A DNA stretch of 64,000 bases from Acinetobacter phage vB_AbaM_ABMM1: the sequence record OQ471969.1, one strand, 5' to 3'. Below, piece by piece: positions 19,601-30,049 of this stretch. The translations under genes and the position numbers were made by a program. Under the pieces are notes generated by a model. That model did no database searches and was not told the origin of the DNA. It worked only from the letters and a program-made list of their open reading frames with translations. The first letter of the stretch is position 1. Every line of letters begins with the position of its first letter.

Positions 19601-22600
19601 TTGCTGGTGAAAATGGAAGTATTTATTTAGGTGTTGCATGTAAAACAGCAGATCAAACTAAGTATGTAACAACTACAAATAATCTTGCTGCAGACATGGG
19701 CTCATCAAATTACTTGTTGTCTGCAATTAAACCAAATTTAGGTGAATGGCAAGAAGTTGTACTTTATCTGAAAGGAAAATCTACAGGTGCAGCTACGGGA
19801 CTTGGAACAATTGATAATCCGCGTACTTTCCCAGCACAAGCTGAATTTTATGCCCCAATGTTTATTGGTAACTATGCGGCTCAACCAGGTATAAGTCAGC
19901 TTAACTACATTATCGTTGAAGATAACAACTCTTTAGCTTCAGCAAATGATGCAACAGCAACCGCAAATGATTTATTCAAAACTGCTACTAATAGAACTGA
20001 GGCTGAAGCAGAACGGACCAGTAAGCTTGAATCAAGAATGCAGAATGCTGAAACAGGTATTCAGAGCAACGCTCAAGCATTATTGAAAACAGCTACAAAG
20101 AGTGATCTTGATAGCGCCATGGGACGTGTGGCTACTGATATCACAGCTGCAGTAGATAATATTAAAATTGGTGGGGTTAATGCGGTAGCTAATTCAGAAG
20201 CGCCAAGAAGCTCAACAGCATCAACTAGTCGTGAATACTTAATGTATGAACGAAGTAAAGAGCTCAAAGCTTTTTATGACGAAAATTTAGATAAGCCGGT
20301 TACTATTTCTTTTGACGTGAGTGTGCCCGTTGCTGGAACAGTACAAGTTTACTCTTCAAATGGATCTGCTCATTACTTTACAACTTCAGTTACTGTAACA
20401 AAAGCAAATGAGTTTCAAAGATTTGCAGTTACAGTATCCCCTAAAGTACACACTGGAAGTACTACCGAATCAACAATTGAGTTTTATGGAACATACGGTT
20501 CTGGTCGAATTCCAACGATTCAAAAATTACAGATCGAAGCAGGCAATAAGGCTACCGCATGGAGCCCAAGCCCACGTGATACTCAAAGCTCTTTAAATGC
20601 CAATGCGGAAGCAATTAAAGTCACTCAAGCTGAAGTAAAGAAGAATGGTGATACTTTATCTTCTCAAAGTATAGATATTTCTAAGCTTAGAAATGATCTA
20701 ACTTTGACTAACACTGAAGTAGGGAAAAAAGCCTCAAGTGAAGCACTTGAAACAACAAATTCAAAAGTAACTGAACAAGCTGGACAGATTAAAGCAGTTA
20801 CTGAACAATCAAATACCTTATCAGCAAATCTTAACAAGTCTGCACCAGCTGGCACGAATTTGTTAATCAACTCTAATGTAGTAGGAACTTACAATGGAGT
20901 TTCATATCCTCATCTACGCTATAAAGTGGGGGAAGACTGGGAAGTAGGAGCAAAATACACACTTCTTTGGTGTGCTGAGCATACACGAGGTGCTGGTGAT
21001 ACAAACTCTAATTTAACTGTATATGCTGGTGGCGGAAGTCAGTGGGTTCAAGCTTGCCCTGCAGGTGCAGGTAAAGTAATTAATAAAGTTACTTTTACAA
21101 AAAGTTCTGCAGGCACAGGTAGAGAAATTCAATTCTATATGATTAATAAACCTACAGCAGACAAAAATTCTGTAGGTACTGTTTACTGGGCCGTATTGGT
21201 TAAAGGGGAATTCATAACTACAGATAATTGGATTGCAAGTCCTTACGACTTCAATGCAGCATTCGATCAAGTATCAGCAAATTTAAATGAATTTAAACAA
21301 ACGTATGTTACTGAAAGTACTGCTTTAGCTAAAAAAACTCAAAACTTAGAATCAACAATTAATGATCCTGTAAATGGTTTGGCAGCACAGGCTAAACAAA
21401 TTTCAGACCGGATGACTAAATCTGATGTTGATAGCGCAATATCAACTACAACCGAAGCTTTGAAAACAAGTATCGGTGGAAAGGCTTTTGACAACATTGT
21501 GGTCGGGGGGAATGTCGAAAAAAGCAAAACGGGTGGTTATGTACAAATATCATATCCCTTAGCAAAAAGTTTAAATGCACCTGGTATTACTGTTACCGTC
21601 AGAGCAAAAGTTACCTTTGATAATGGAGGGAACAATGCAGCCAATTTGCGTATATATATTGGCGGAGCTAATGTATTTAATGCAGATGCGCCTATTTTTT
21701 CAGCTAGTAAAGACATTTTCGAATTTACCTTAACTACAATTGCTAGAACAGACTCAACGGTTGTTAATTTTGCTTGTTTTCCAAATTCGTCAGCAAATGC
21801 TAATGCCACTACTACAGTGCATTGGGTAGAAGTTTTTGAGGGTAATAATAAAGCGTTAAATGATAAGGTAAGTACTTCAACTCTAATTAAGGATTACTCT
21901 TCTAAAGCAGATACTGCTCAAGCAATAACTTCTGCAACTGAAACCCTTGAAGCTAAATTTCGTCAAAAATTTGGTGATCTATGGACTAACAGTTCAGCAA
22001 CTCTTGATAGTACTCGTTATACAAAAACTGAGACTAATCAAGCGATTGCAGAGGAAAGTAAAATCATCAAAGCCGCTATTTCAACTAGTGGTGGTGATAA
22101 TATTATTAAAAATGGTGATTTCTCAAGCCCTTTAGGCACCTTAAATTGGCGTCAAAATTCTGCTGTGGCAGGTAATCTACTTGAAGTTTATAAAGATTCA
22201 AAAGGTGCTACTTGGGGGCACTTTAAATCTACTGATACAACTACATACTTTAAAGGGTTTATTGAAACTCTGACATTGGCAGATGGTTTAGAGATGAATC
22301 AGAAGTACACATTGTCATTTAAAGCAATGTCGTTGACAGCTGCACAGACTCAAATTTTATTAATTATACACCGTCGAGATTCATCAGGTAGTAACAACCA
22401 AATTGGTACTACATGGAATAACATTTCGACTGATAAAGAAACATTATGTACTTATACCTTTGATACAAATATTATTAATTTACAGCATATTAACTTAATT
22501 TTATATTCGCAAGTAGGTTTTGCTCCTGACTTTTTAATTAGAGAAGTGCAACTTGAAAAAGGTGAGTTAGCCACTGGTTTTAGAAAAAATCCTCGTGAAC

Positions 22601-25600
22601 TAATTAAGGATCTTGAAGCTAATGCTTCTGCAATTGAGGGTACTAAAGCGGATGTTCAAAAAAACGGTGAGAAGATTACTTCACTTGCAGAGAATTATGC
22701 GACTTTAAAATCTACTGTAGACAATAATAAAACTGCTGTAGATGGTAAGTTTCAGGAAATTAATTCAACTATTAGTGATAATCAACAGAACACCACACAG
22801 TCTATTAATAACTTGGAATCAAGTTATAAACAATTAAATCAGGACCTTGGTCAAGTTTTCAATTACCGTGTTTATTCATGTGGCTGGAATGGCTTTTTCA
22901 CAGGGATTAAAAACTTAAAGGGTGAAATCAAATCAGTAGCTTCAGCTCGTGGTTTTTCAGTACATGTTTTAGCAGCTGATGGTTCTGTTGCTTCTTCAAC
23001 TAGATATGATACTTATGCAGCTGTAGCAAATGCTACGGCAATGAGTAACGCTATTGCTGCGATTCCAAATGACACCTTTGTTATCGTTACAAACTACGAC
23101 AGTATTGGGGTAAACCTAGCACCAGTTAAGAATGCACTAATTTCATTAGGTGCCAATCCATTCACACTTGATCAAATAACGGGTCGGGATGCATACATTT
23201 TAGTTGGTCAGAAGGGGATTGGTTCAGGTCGTGGTATAGAATTGCATGCAACACCAGATACTGGACCAAATGGGGCTAAGCAAATCATGCTTGCAGTCCA
23301 AGTAGTTAGTGGTATCCCGATTGGTCTGGCAAACAATAGTGGAAACTTACAAAAGGTTTTAGAAAACCACGCACAAATTCTTCAAGAAAAAATTACAAGA
23401 TCTGATGCGAAAGAAGTATTTGCTGAGGAAATCAAAGTTTTTAAAGCACAACTTGATACTTTACGTTACTCAGAAGAGAACTGGATTTTACTTGGTGATG
23501 ATACTAAAAATTTAAGTATTTCTACTGGTACAAACCGAACTGTAGCTGTTTGGGAACTGCAATATAAACACAAGGAAATTCCAATTGATAAGGGTGATCC
23601 AATAGTTGCGAGAATCAAATACACAGCAACTGCAGGATTAGTTGGCGCTACATGTAGTATTCAATTTCATGGTGCAACTTATAGTGTTGGGTTGCCTTCG
23701 TTTGTTGTAGCTGCAAGTGGTGAAATAGAACTTACTGGTATTTTCCCATCTGATTTAAAAGCCTCTGCTTTTGAAGCTATTCCATTGGGTTTACGGTTTG
23801 ATAATGCTCCATCTGGTGGAACATTTACTGTAACTAATATGTTTATTAGCCGGGGTAATTCAGCGCCAAATTTTAAGGGCGGATTTAGATCGTCTCTTAA
23901 ACAAAATGCTCAATTTGTTGAAGATACTTTTATCAAGGCTGATGTAAATAAAGGGGTTATAGCTCAGCAAATTCAACAATATGATGCAACTGTACCTGGT
24001 GGTTTATCTTCTGTAGTAAAAACAACAAAAGCTACAGCTGACCAAACATCAAAGGATCTAGCTACACTTAGAAATACTGAAATTTCTCAGCTTCAAACAA
24101 GTACAAATAATCTTGGTTCCGCATTAGAAAACACAACAATGCTGGCGATGATGATTACTAATGGAAAATTGTTGCAGGGAGACGTAAATTTCAAAAAAGG
24201 TAACAATGGTGTATCTGTCTATAACAATGCCGGCAATGGGAACGTGACAGTTACTCGTGTCGCGAAAAGTGCTGATAACCCAACTACATCAACCTATGAA
24301 ATTGAAATTAAAACCATTGGTGCTGCCAGCCCAACATGGGGTGGATTTGTTCAACTCGTTTATGGCCGTGCAAATGCTGTTTTTGTTATCAAGTATTTAA
24401 TCAAGCTACCAGTTGGATATAAATTGGTGAATGCTGGTAACGCAATGGGGACAGGGGCAATTGATCGATTCATTGGCAATACTGAGGGTACAGGCAAATT
24501 CGAAACATATATTCGAATGATTAAATGTGGTGCTGTAGGTTCTTTCTCTAACTCAGGACATGTTTATGTGGCGGGAGGATCTACACCAACAGCTACTGCG
24601 CCTTTAGTTTGGACCTTAGCCCAAATCGAGCAATATGACGTTACTGATTACGCTTCAGCTGACCCGACTTTACAGGACTTTGTTTCTTCAGCCACAGACT
24701 CTATATCAACATTAACGAACTTCAAAGAAACTTGGGCTGCCAAACTTACTGAAATGTCTTCAAAATTAGACAGTAAAAACGGCGCTTATATTTTGAATGC
24801 GGATATAACAAATACTAATGTTGAGCGTGCAATTGCAGCATCTTCACAGAAAATTACTTCTGAATATACCAATGCTATGAGTGTGCAGCCATTGAGTTCA
24901 GGTGCAGGGAAAATTTTCGTTAAGCCTTTAACTTGGCGTCAAGCAATCACTACTTCGGGTACATTGGTTATTAAGACACCAATTACAGTTGGTGCGTACA
25001 TGACCAAGGTTAAAATTTCTGGTTATAACTACAATAACAAAGAAGATAATATTTTCGATCTGGATTTGGCATTTTATGCATATACGTCAACAGTGCCATT
25101 TTATTCGAATATGACCTCTCGTTCTTTTGGTATCACTTTAGATGAAAGTAATGCTACGACTAAAGGTCTAGCTTTAGCTTTAGATAGCAATAATAAGGTG
25201 TGCATCTTAATTACCAAAAAATATGCTTGGTCTTACCCAGCAATTACAGTTGAGTCGGCCACTATTACTCATACAAATCCGCCAGATTACTTTAAAGATG
25301 GCTGGACGGCGGCCATTGAAACAGATTTATCAGTTTATAAGTCAGTTACGCCGTTTACAGTGACTTCAATGATGGAAACCACTGCAGGTTCACAAGCCAA
25401 AGTAGATGTTCCAATGTCTCAATTAAGTGATATTGCAGCTGATAATAAACTCACACCAGTTGAGAAAAAACAGGCGAAGTTGGTTTGGGATACACTTTAT
25501 CAAACTGATGCAAGCTTGCGAGCTGAGGCAGTCACTTATGGTATATCTTCTACTGCCTATGCAACGGCATTCAGTACTTTAAATACATATTTAGCAGCTT

Positions 25601-26964
25601 TATTCGCAAATATGAATGTAACTAGTACGATTGACCGAAACCAGTTCATTACTAACTTTGCGAACGTGCACAACGCACGACAAGCATTAGTACGTGCAAT
25701 CTCGGAGAAGGCTAAAGAAATAGCTGATACTGCCAAGGACATAGCTTCTACTACAAAAGCAACATTAGAGCGTGATTACATGACGTCTACCAAGACGAAT
25801 GAAGCAATCGCATCTTCAACAGAAAGAATGTCTGCACTGTATTCTGCAAATGGTCAAAAGATCATGGCTTCAGTACTCGAAACATGGCAAAAAGATTGGT
25901 TAGTAAAAACTCCAAGTGGGAATAGGCCTGAACTTAGTTTAGTTGCAGATGCAACTTGTCGTGGGGGATATGCACTAAGAATTGGTAATAACGTAGGTAA
26001 TGATGAAGCCTGGTTAAATTGGTTCACATCTTTGCCTATCGATGACAATAAATATTACCGAGTTAAGTATAGATTCCGCCGTGTAAGTGGTACCGGAGTT
26101 GTTTATGTTGGTGCGACCTGTCAAAACGCCAATAAAACAAAATATATTGCTCAAGATAACTCTGAAATCAATGATATCGGTTCAAGTCACTATTTAGTCG
26201 CAGGTACCGCACCAGCGTTGGGAACTTGGATAACCGGTACTGCTTATTTTAAGGGGCGATCTGCTGGTGCAAGTGCAGGTGCTGGCACTCTACTAAGCCC
26301 TAAAACATTTGCTAATAAAGCTGCTTTCTTTACACCAGTATTCATTGGTAACTATTCCGGTAAAGCTGGTGAAGTGGATCTAGACTTTATCGATATTGAA
26401 GATGCTGACAACATTGCTGATTTTGAAAATTTCAAAACCACATATACAACTGATGTGGGAGCATATGCTGGTGCATTACAAACTTTGGTTTCTGTTTACG
26501 GCCAAAATGCTATCAAGCTTAAATCACAAGCTGATTTGATCGATGGTGTGAAAGGTAAGTACGTAATGGGAATGGATAATAATGGTGTGTTCTCTGGAAT
26601 GTCTATGGTCAGCGAGCAAACGAATGGAACTGTGCTCAGTTCTATAGGTTTTCAAGCGGATAGAATTTTCTTCACAACTGGTTCTTCTTCTACTAAATAT
26701 ATGCCGTTCATAATCCAAGACAATCAAGTTGTGATGAACAGTGATGTATTTATTAAGAATTTGACAGCCGCAAACTTTAAGGCCAAGTCTCTTACAGCTG
26801 AATTATTCAATGTTGACAAGTTAAGTGCCATAACTGGTGAACTTGGGACTTTAATTACTTATAAAGATCCTAGTCAGCCTCAAAAAGCAAGAATGGTCAT
26901 TTCAGGGACCGCTTTAAAGTTATATGACGATAACAATATTGAGAGAATTTATATTGGTTTATAA
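16609..26964 (+). CDS. giant (3451 aa) tail spike/fibre protein: gpV-like N-terminal OB domain, coiled coil, repeated lectin-like modules
   Basis: The N-terminus ...VDGEDVYVFFENGNEERPVIHSYV fits the P2 gpV / Mu gp45 baseplate-spike family. A heptad coiled coil spans roughly aa 170-560. Module pair 1 lies at ~18500-18640 and ~24385-24520 (..LPVGNATGTGG..GNKEGTGKFE..). Module pair 2 lies at ~19480-19925 and ~25960-26410 (GGY.L.IGNN.GNDEAW..W...RFRRV.G...). The C-terminus resembles fibre tips. Confidence 0.7.
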   Translation: MNGYKRAKILSYNAKGRTAQVHIHGLTDGASEGITATFAYPVGDSDLDTEIQIVDGEDVYVFFENGNEERPVIHSYVSHGDGAIVGVRRIRQDNIEFISKENLKVDSGTTVSIKTPLMNVQANTQQTGNSTLTGNSTVVGNTSVAGNSSVAGSMAVGTTLTVAGVPIDPKAIEGAFKDALNKLESLKEDLKEQGEKIDENKDQISQEIDEKIKEVEELIDNIKDSDAYKLLEEGINHIDEEVQKIHDQVKEVGQIAQNKVDEIRAYIDQEIIDTKLIVEQHANDANIRLDEANKRIDQSILANEELVADAQQRAIRAEKELDDKIGFIKRETDSIIADVRSDSDEIRLVAENAKKVADQEVLDRKKQAADTLIVIDQTKAALKQDIDQNLVKAGQMIDDAKLALGEETNTLINQKIEPIVSKTEAAVKKVDEFAAQYVELDKKVDSGFLAEAEARANDKEALTQSFELKFAEMQNELGKSNALISEESKTRAAQDKAITEQISIAQSQIGDNKAAINSVERTVVDLTKSVAEKTDQIQASLDTTNASLLSANELARMQSLGKPLRDDPTFLSGNGGLSAYVVPAGSTLTRQAKSTDNPVNSTHEMLLRSTSSLGGGWYPTVPTLVAAPNKTFLIKQIIKMPKGTYLLPVGNATGTGGYLRVLGNKEGTGKFEVYYSVVQCGYDAPAAIHGHFRVLAGTNPPLPSTSSPVDVILADYEVWDITALNDTIPKAWRDQITGNASYIEKVESSVKLVDEKLVSEAKKLEELKTDYNSNKTKTTSDLATITQSVSDGDKALSLRIDQTKAALEEADRQSNSNILEVTESLAEFEQSTTTKFTELDTSISKENLKVQGQIVDVQKSISTLESNTNTKISGLSSSLKTTDDIAKLAFDNAAEAQQTGTTAVKATEALSQNLLSLKSQTQVTTGVRAVVTAKGIDDWSTWRATGEAKVLQDSDAFGGYILELGNNAGNDEAWVHWKELVKINPDTLYRVRARFRRVAGENGSIYLGVACKTADQTKYVTTTNNLAADMGSSNYLLSAIKPNLGEWQEVVLYLKGKSTGAATGLGTIDNPRTFPAQAEFYAPMFIGNYAAQPGISQLNYIIVEDNNSLASANDATATANDLFKTATNRTEAEAERTSKLESRMQNAETGIQSNAQALLKTATKSDLDSAMGRVATDITAAVDNIKIGGVNAVANSEAPRSSTASTSREYLMYERSKELKAFYDENLDKPVTISFDVSVPVAGTVQVYSSNGSAHYFTTSVTVTKANEFQRFAVTVSPKVHTGSTTESTIEFYGTYGSGRIPTIQKLQIEAGNKATAWSPSPRDTQSSLNANAEAIKVTQAEVKKNGDTLSSQSIDISKLRNDLTLTNTEVGKKASSEALETTNSKVTEQAGQIKAVTEQSNTLSANLNKSAPAGTNLLINSNVVGTYNGVSYPHLRYKVGEDWEVGAKYTLLWCAEHTRGAGDTNSNLTVYAGGGSQWVQACPAGAGKVINKVTFTKSSAGTGREIQFYMINKPTADKNSVGTVYWAVLVKGEFITTDNWIASPYDFNAAFDQVSANLNEFKQTYVTESTALAKKTQNLESTINDPVNGLAAQAKQISDRMTKSDVDSAISTTTEALKTSIGGKAFDNIVVGGNVEKSKTGGYVQISYPLAKSLNAPGITVTVRAKVTFDNGGNNAANLRIYIGGANVFNADAPIFSASKDIFEFTLTTIARTDSTVVNFACFPNSSANANATTTVHWVEVFEGNNKALNDKVSTSTLIKDYSSKADTAQAITSATETLEAKFRQKFGDLWTNSSATLDSTRYTKTETNQAIAEESKIIKAAISTSGGDNIIKNGDFSSPLGTLNWRQNSAVAGNLLEVYKDSKGATWGHFKSTDTTTYFKGFIETLTLADGLEMNQKYTLSFKAMSLTAAQTQILLIIHRRDSSGSNNQIGTTWNNISTDKETLCTYTFDTNIINLQHINLILYSQVGFAPDFLIREVQLEKGELATGFRKNPRELIKDLEANASAIEGTKADVQKNGEKITSLAENYATLKSTVDNNKTAVDGKFQEINSTISDNQQNTTQSINNLESSYKQLNQDLGQVFNYRVYSCGWNGFFTGIKNLKGEIKSVASARGFSVHVLAADGSVASSTRYDTYAAVANATAMSNAIAAIPNDTFVIVTNYDSIGVNLAPVKNALISLGANPFTLDQITGRDAYILVGQKGIGSGRGIELHATPDTGPNGAKQIMLAVQVVSGIPIGLANNSGNLQKVLENHAQILQEKITRSDAKEVFAEEIKVFKAQLDTLRYSEENWILLGDDTKNLSISTGTNRTVAVWELQYKHKEIPIDKGDPIVARIKYTATAGLVGATCSIQFHGATYSVGLPSFVVAASGEIELTGIFPSDLKASAFEAIPLGLRFDNAPSGGTFTVTNMFISRGNSAPNFKGGFRSSLKQNAQFVEDTFIKADVNKGVIAQQIQQYDATVPGGLSSVVKTTKATADQTSKDLATLRNTEISQLQTSTNNLGSALENTTMLAMMITNGKLLQGDVNFKKGNNGVSVYNNAGNGNVTVTRVAKSADNPTTSTYEIEIKTIGAASPTWGGFVQLVYGRANAVFVIKYLIKLPVGYKLVNAGNAMGTGAIDRFIGNTEGTGKFETYIRMIKCGAVGSFSNSGHVYVAGGSTPTATAPLVWTLAQIEQYDVTDYASADPTLQDFVSSATDSISTLTNFKETWAAKLTEMSSKLDSKNGAYILNADITNTNVERAIAASSQKITSEYTNAMSVQPLSSGAGKIFVKPLTWRQAITTSGTLVIKTPITVGAYMTKVKISGYNYNNKEDNIFDLDLAFYAYTSTVPFYSNMTSRSFGITLDESNATTKGLALALDSNNKVCILITKKYAWSYPAITVESATITHTNPPDYFKDGWTAAIETDLSVYKSVTPFTVTSMMETTAGSQAKVDVPMSQLSDIAADNKLTPVEKKQAKLVWDTLYQTDASLRAEAVTYGISSTAYATAFSTLNTYLAALFANMNVTSTIDRNQFITNFANVHNARQALVRAISEKAKEIADTAKDIASTTKATLERDYMTSTKTNEAIASSTERMSALYSANGQKIMASVLETWQKDWLVKTPSGNRPELSLVADATCRGGYALRIGNNVGNDEAWLNWFTSLPIDDNKYYRVKYRFRRVSGTGVVYVGATCQNANKTKYIAQDNSEINDIGSSHYLVAGTAPALGTWITGTAYFKGRSAGASAGAGTLLSPKTFANKAAFFTPVFIGNYSGKAGEVDLDFIDIEDADNIADFENFKTTYTTDVGAYAGALQTLVSVYGQNAIKLKSQADLIDGVKGKYVMGMDNNGVFSGMSMVSEQTNGTVLSSIGFQADRIFFTTGSSSTKYMPFIIQDNQVVMNSDVFIKNLTAANFKAKSLTAELFNVDKLSAITGELGTLITYKDPSQPQKARMVISGTALKLYDDNNIERIYIGL

Positions 26965-27363
26965 ATGGCTACATTCTTATTAAGGGACCTCGGTGGCAAC
27001 GTAGTCCTTGATCTAACATCTAATCTTAGTATGTATACAGAAACGTTAAGTGTTGTCCTCCCGAAAGGTTCATCTATGGACACAATTGTACGAAAACTAG
27101 ATACTGCTGAAAATCATCCAAGATGGTGGGCTTATGTAGCTTCTGGTGAAGTGTTATCTGCCAATAGTGCTGTAGTTGAGTCTTATTCAAATGGTATGGG
27201 ATGTGCCATTTTGACTAAAGCTATGGCTATTGAGGCTAAGCTGGGCGATAAGATACTTAATCAAATGGATGATACTTCATCTTATTTATTAATTTATGAT
27301 TGTAGAGCTTATTACAATACAGCTTTTCAGCAAACGGTTAGTATTCATATAGGTAAATGCTAA
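26965..27363 (+). CDS. hypothetical protein (possible fibre accessory)
   Basis: 132-aa ORF starting 1 nt after the giant gene's stop. Confidence 0.35.
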   Translation: MATFLLRDLGGNVVLDLTSNLSMYTETLSVVLPKGSSMDTIVRKLDTAENHPRWWAYVASGEVLSANSAVVESYSNGMGCAILTKAMAIEAKLGDKILNQMDDTSSYLLIYDCRAYYNTAFQQTVSIHIGKC

Positions 27364-28133
27364 TGGCTGAATACATCAAAATTCTCAATGATAATAAAGT
27401 GACAATAATTGACGACAGCTATAGAAACTTTCACCTTATAAATAAGTTTGTTAGGGAAGTCGCTTCTTCAGACCCATTACCTCCTGCAGTGCTATCTGTA
27501 TCTGGTTACGTTAAGTGTCATGTTTTGAATGTTACATCTTTACAAAGACCAATTGTGGTATTTACAGGCGTTTCTGTGATGCAGGTCAGATATGAAGAAA
27601 TTTCCACAAATAATTGGAAAATAACTGTAATTTTTGACACCTTAGACGACCAAGGAGGATTTAAATATAAGAATACTTTTCCTTTTACAAAAGCAACTTA
27701 TTATGTATTTGGATTAATTACTTTATTAGAAAGTGGTCATTCGCCAAAATTACTAATTAAGAATGGTAAAGGTGAGATTGTATTTTCTAACTCCCACAAT
27801 CCTTTAAAAGTAGTTAAAGCAGAAACTTTTTATTTAAAAGGCAGTGCAAATTATTTTAGCTCATGGTTATCAGATATACCTGATTATAATGCTAATAAGA
27901 CTTATGGCTTGGCTTTAGCTTGTCCAGCTCATTATGAATATTATTGGGGAGTTGGTGGTTTGAGTTCTTATATGCATTCATACTGTACTATAAAGACTAA
28001 CTCATATAGTGATCCAACTTTCTCAGGTAAGATCCTTCGGGGATATACGATACTAGCTAATGGTATGAATACTTCAGCTAGTCTCTATTCTCCATTTCAT
28101 AGTCATTTAATAGTTGATATTACTGGCTATTAA
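27357..28133 (+). CDS. hypothetical AT-rich protein
   Basis: 258 aa, low GC, Tyr/Asn/Ser-rich. Confidence 0.35.
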   Translation: MLMAEYIKILNDNKVTIIDDSYRNFHLINKFVREVASSDPLPPAVLSVSGYVKCHVLNVTSLQRPIVVFTGVSVMQVRYEEISTNNWKITVIFDTLDDQGGFKYKNTFPFTKATYYVFGLITLLESGHSPKLLIKNGKGEIVFSNSHNPLKVVKAETFYLKGSANYFSSWLSDIPDYNANKTYGLALACPAHYEYYWGVGGLSSYMHSYCTIKTNSYSDPTFSGKILRGYTILANGMNTSASLYSPFHSHLIVDITGY

Positions 28134-28160
28134 AAAGCCCCTTATTAGGGGCTTTCATGT

Positions 28161-28355
28161 TTAAGCAGGCTGATCATTAACTGGTGGTTCTTCTACAAAT
28201 GTGTAATTTACTGCTACCGACCCAGTCTCTAAATCCCAGCCTAGATTTAATGTTTTGAAAGCAGGACGGTTGTTAAAACGTTGAGCATTGACGATGTCTT
28301 GGGTTTTTTGAGCTAATTCAATATCCAAAGCATTAAATACTTTAACTTCGGCCAT
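28161..28355 (-). CDS. small hypothetical protein (64 aa) on the opposite strand
   Basis: Isolated reverse ORF in a gap between + strand operons; an imperfect palindrome AGTTAATTAATGGAA..TTCCAATTAACT sits at ~28412-28450. Confidence 0.25.
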   Translation of the reverse strand: MAEVKVFNALDIELAQKTQDIVNAQRFNNRPAFKTLNLGWDLETGSVAVNYTFVEEPPVNDQPA

Positions 28356-28513
28356 GAGCTTTTCCTCTAATTAGATAAGAAATTTGTTCAGATAGAATTG
28401 CATGCAGTTAATTAATGGAATCTGTACGGTTCCAATTAACTTTGGAACCCATCTAAAAGTTAAAAATTATTAGTCATCAAAATACTTAATTATTTAGGTA
28501 TTTTGGCTTAGTT

Positions 28514-30049
28514 ATGTCTTCTCGGTTCTTATCGTTGTTACTCGGTGAAAATGTTAATTCATATGATCAGCAATTCGATACGTCTAATCAGGATGCAACA
28601 GCGCAGCTATATGAAACTATGGCTCCGTTTTCACTTGGGACTAACCAAACCAAAGCCAATAAGAAGCGTACTCGAAAAGAAATTCTTACTAAATGGGAGA
28701 GAATGTTACGCTTTGCACCTATCGCAGAGGGTATGGGGATTCATGTTTCTGCAGCCTTAGGCGGAGATTCTTATAGCGGCCAACAAGTCTTTATTACGCC
28801 CGCAGAACGGTTAAAAAAGGCGAATGGACCAGCAGCTGAAAAACTAAAAAAACAACTAGATGAGCGCCGTGTAAAGATGGAAAAGCTTATCAATAAGTAT
28901 TTAAGCAAACTTGCCCGAGATGCTATTTCTTTCGGTGATTCCTATGCACGTATTTATGGGAAAAAAGATATAGGTGTAATTGACCTCGTATGCAATGAGT
29001 ATACATATCCGCCATTAATACAACCGTTCGAACAAGGCAGTAAGACTGTCGCCTTTTTTTGTTTAGATCCTCGTAATTGGCAAAAAACTATTACCAAACT
29101 GAATACTATTCAAATGGTACGTTTCAAAATGCCCCGTATGAGCAATATTGCTCAATATGAGCTTGTTGAAACTGGTCTTGTCACGAAAATGTTGGAGGGT
29201 GATGATCCAGATGAGCTACCAATCTTACCAGCGCATTTAGGCGGCTCATTTCTTTATGAGATTGAAGATATTTATGATGATGTAATCCTCGCTTTGGCAT
29301 CAATGAATAGCCAGCAAATTGCAGATACCGTAAATCAGATGTTCTTGACAGTAAATATGTCAGGAATGCCGCCAGCACAACGTCAAGCCTATATCCGTGG
29401 TTTAGAAGGTTTACTCAAAAATCATGAGGCTTATGTCCGTGATGCTTTATCAGGTGGTGAAGCAGTCTGGAATACTGCTTTTCACATGCTTCCAGTATTT
29501 GATGAAAAACAAGTTCTAAATCCAGTGGGTGATATCAAGAATCAACGAAGCTCACCTATTAATATTGAACAGTTCATGATTAATGTCCGTTTGTTAATGG
29601 GCGGTATAGGTCTAGACCCAAGTATGGTAGGGTGGGCTGACATGTTAACTGGTGGTATTGGAGAAGGTGGAGCATTCCATACTTCTGCACAAATCATGCG
29701 TAGGTCACAAGACATTCGAACAGCAGCTTCCGAAGGGATTAATCAAATTCTTCACTTGGATTGGGGTTTTGCTTATAACGAACAATTTGAGCCTGAAGAT
29801 TACCCTTGGCAAGTTGAATATTATTCAAACCAAACTGCAGCAGCTACGGAAGAAATCAACAATGCTCAATCAAGAATGAATACAACATTACTTAAAACAC
29901 AAGTAATCGCATCATTGAAAGAATCAAATTTAGATGTAGATATTATGGCGTACATTCTTGAGCGCGATACAGGTATGAAATATGAGGAAGCATTAACATT
30001 AGCTGAAAGTATTGCTAAGAGCCGTAAATTTCCAGAGGATGAAGAATAA
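28514..30049 (+). CDS. putative portal-like protein
   Basis: 511 aa and first in an operon with two large downstream genes; the assignment is by size and position only. Confidence 0.3.
   Translation: MSSRFLSLLLGENVNSYDQQFDTSNQDATAQLYETMAPFSLGTNQTKANKKRTRKEILTKWERMLRFAPIAEGMGIHVSAALGGDSYSGQQVFITPAERLKKANGPAAEKLKKQLDERRVKMEKLINKYLSKLARDAISFGDSYARIYGKKDIGVIDLVCNEYTYPPLIQPFEQGSKTVAFFCLDPRNWQKTITKLNTIQMVRFKMPRMSNIAQYELVETGLVTKMLEGDDPDELPILPAHLGGSFLYEIEDIYDDVILALASMNSQQIADTVNQMFLTVNMSGMPPAQRQAYIRGLEGLLKNHEAYVRDALSGGEAVWNTAFHMLPVFDEKQVLNPVGDIKNQRSSPINIEQFMINVRLLMGGIGLDPSMVGWADMLTGGIGEGGAFHTSAQIMRRSQDIRTAASEGINQILHLDWGFAYNEQFEPEDYPWQVEYYSNQTAAATEEINNAQSRMNTTLLKTQVIASLKESNLDVDIMAYILERDTGMKYEEALTLAESIAKSRKFPEDEE

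Noticed and set aside
16842-26727. Numerous 60-120-aa reverse-strand and alternate-frame ORFs inside the giant spike gene (e.g. 16842-17210, 17260-17685, 20073-20267, 21013-21809, 25557-26727)
   Set aside because: They are fully nested in a clearly coding 10.4-kb frame and have low-complexity translations. They are typical shadow ORFs, not genes.
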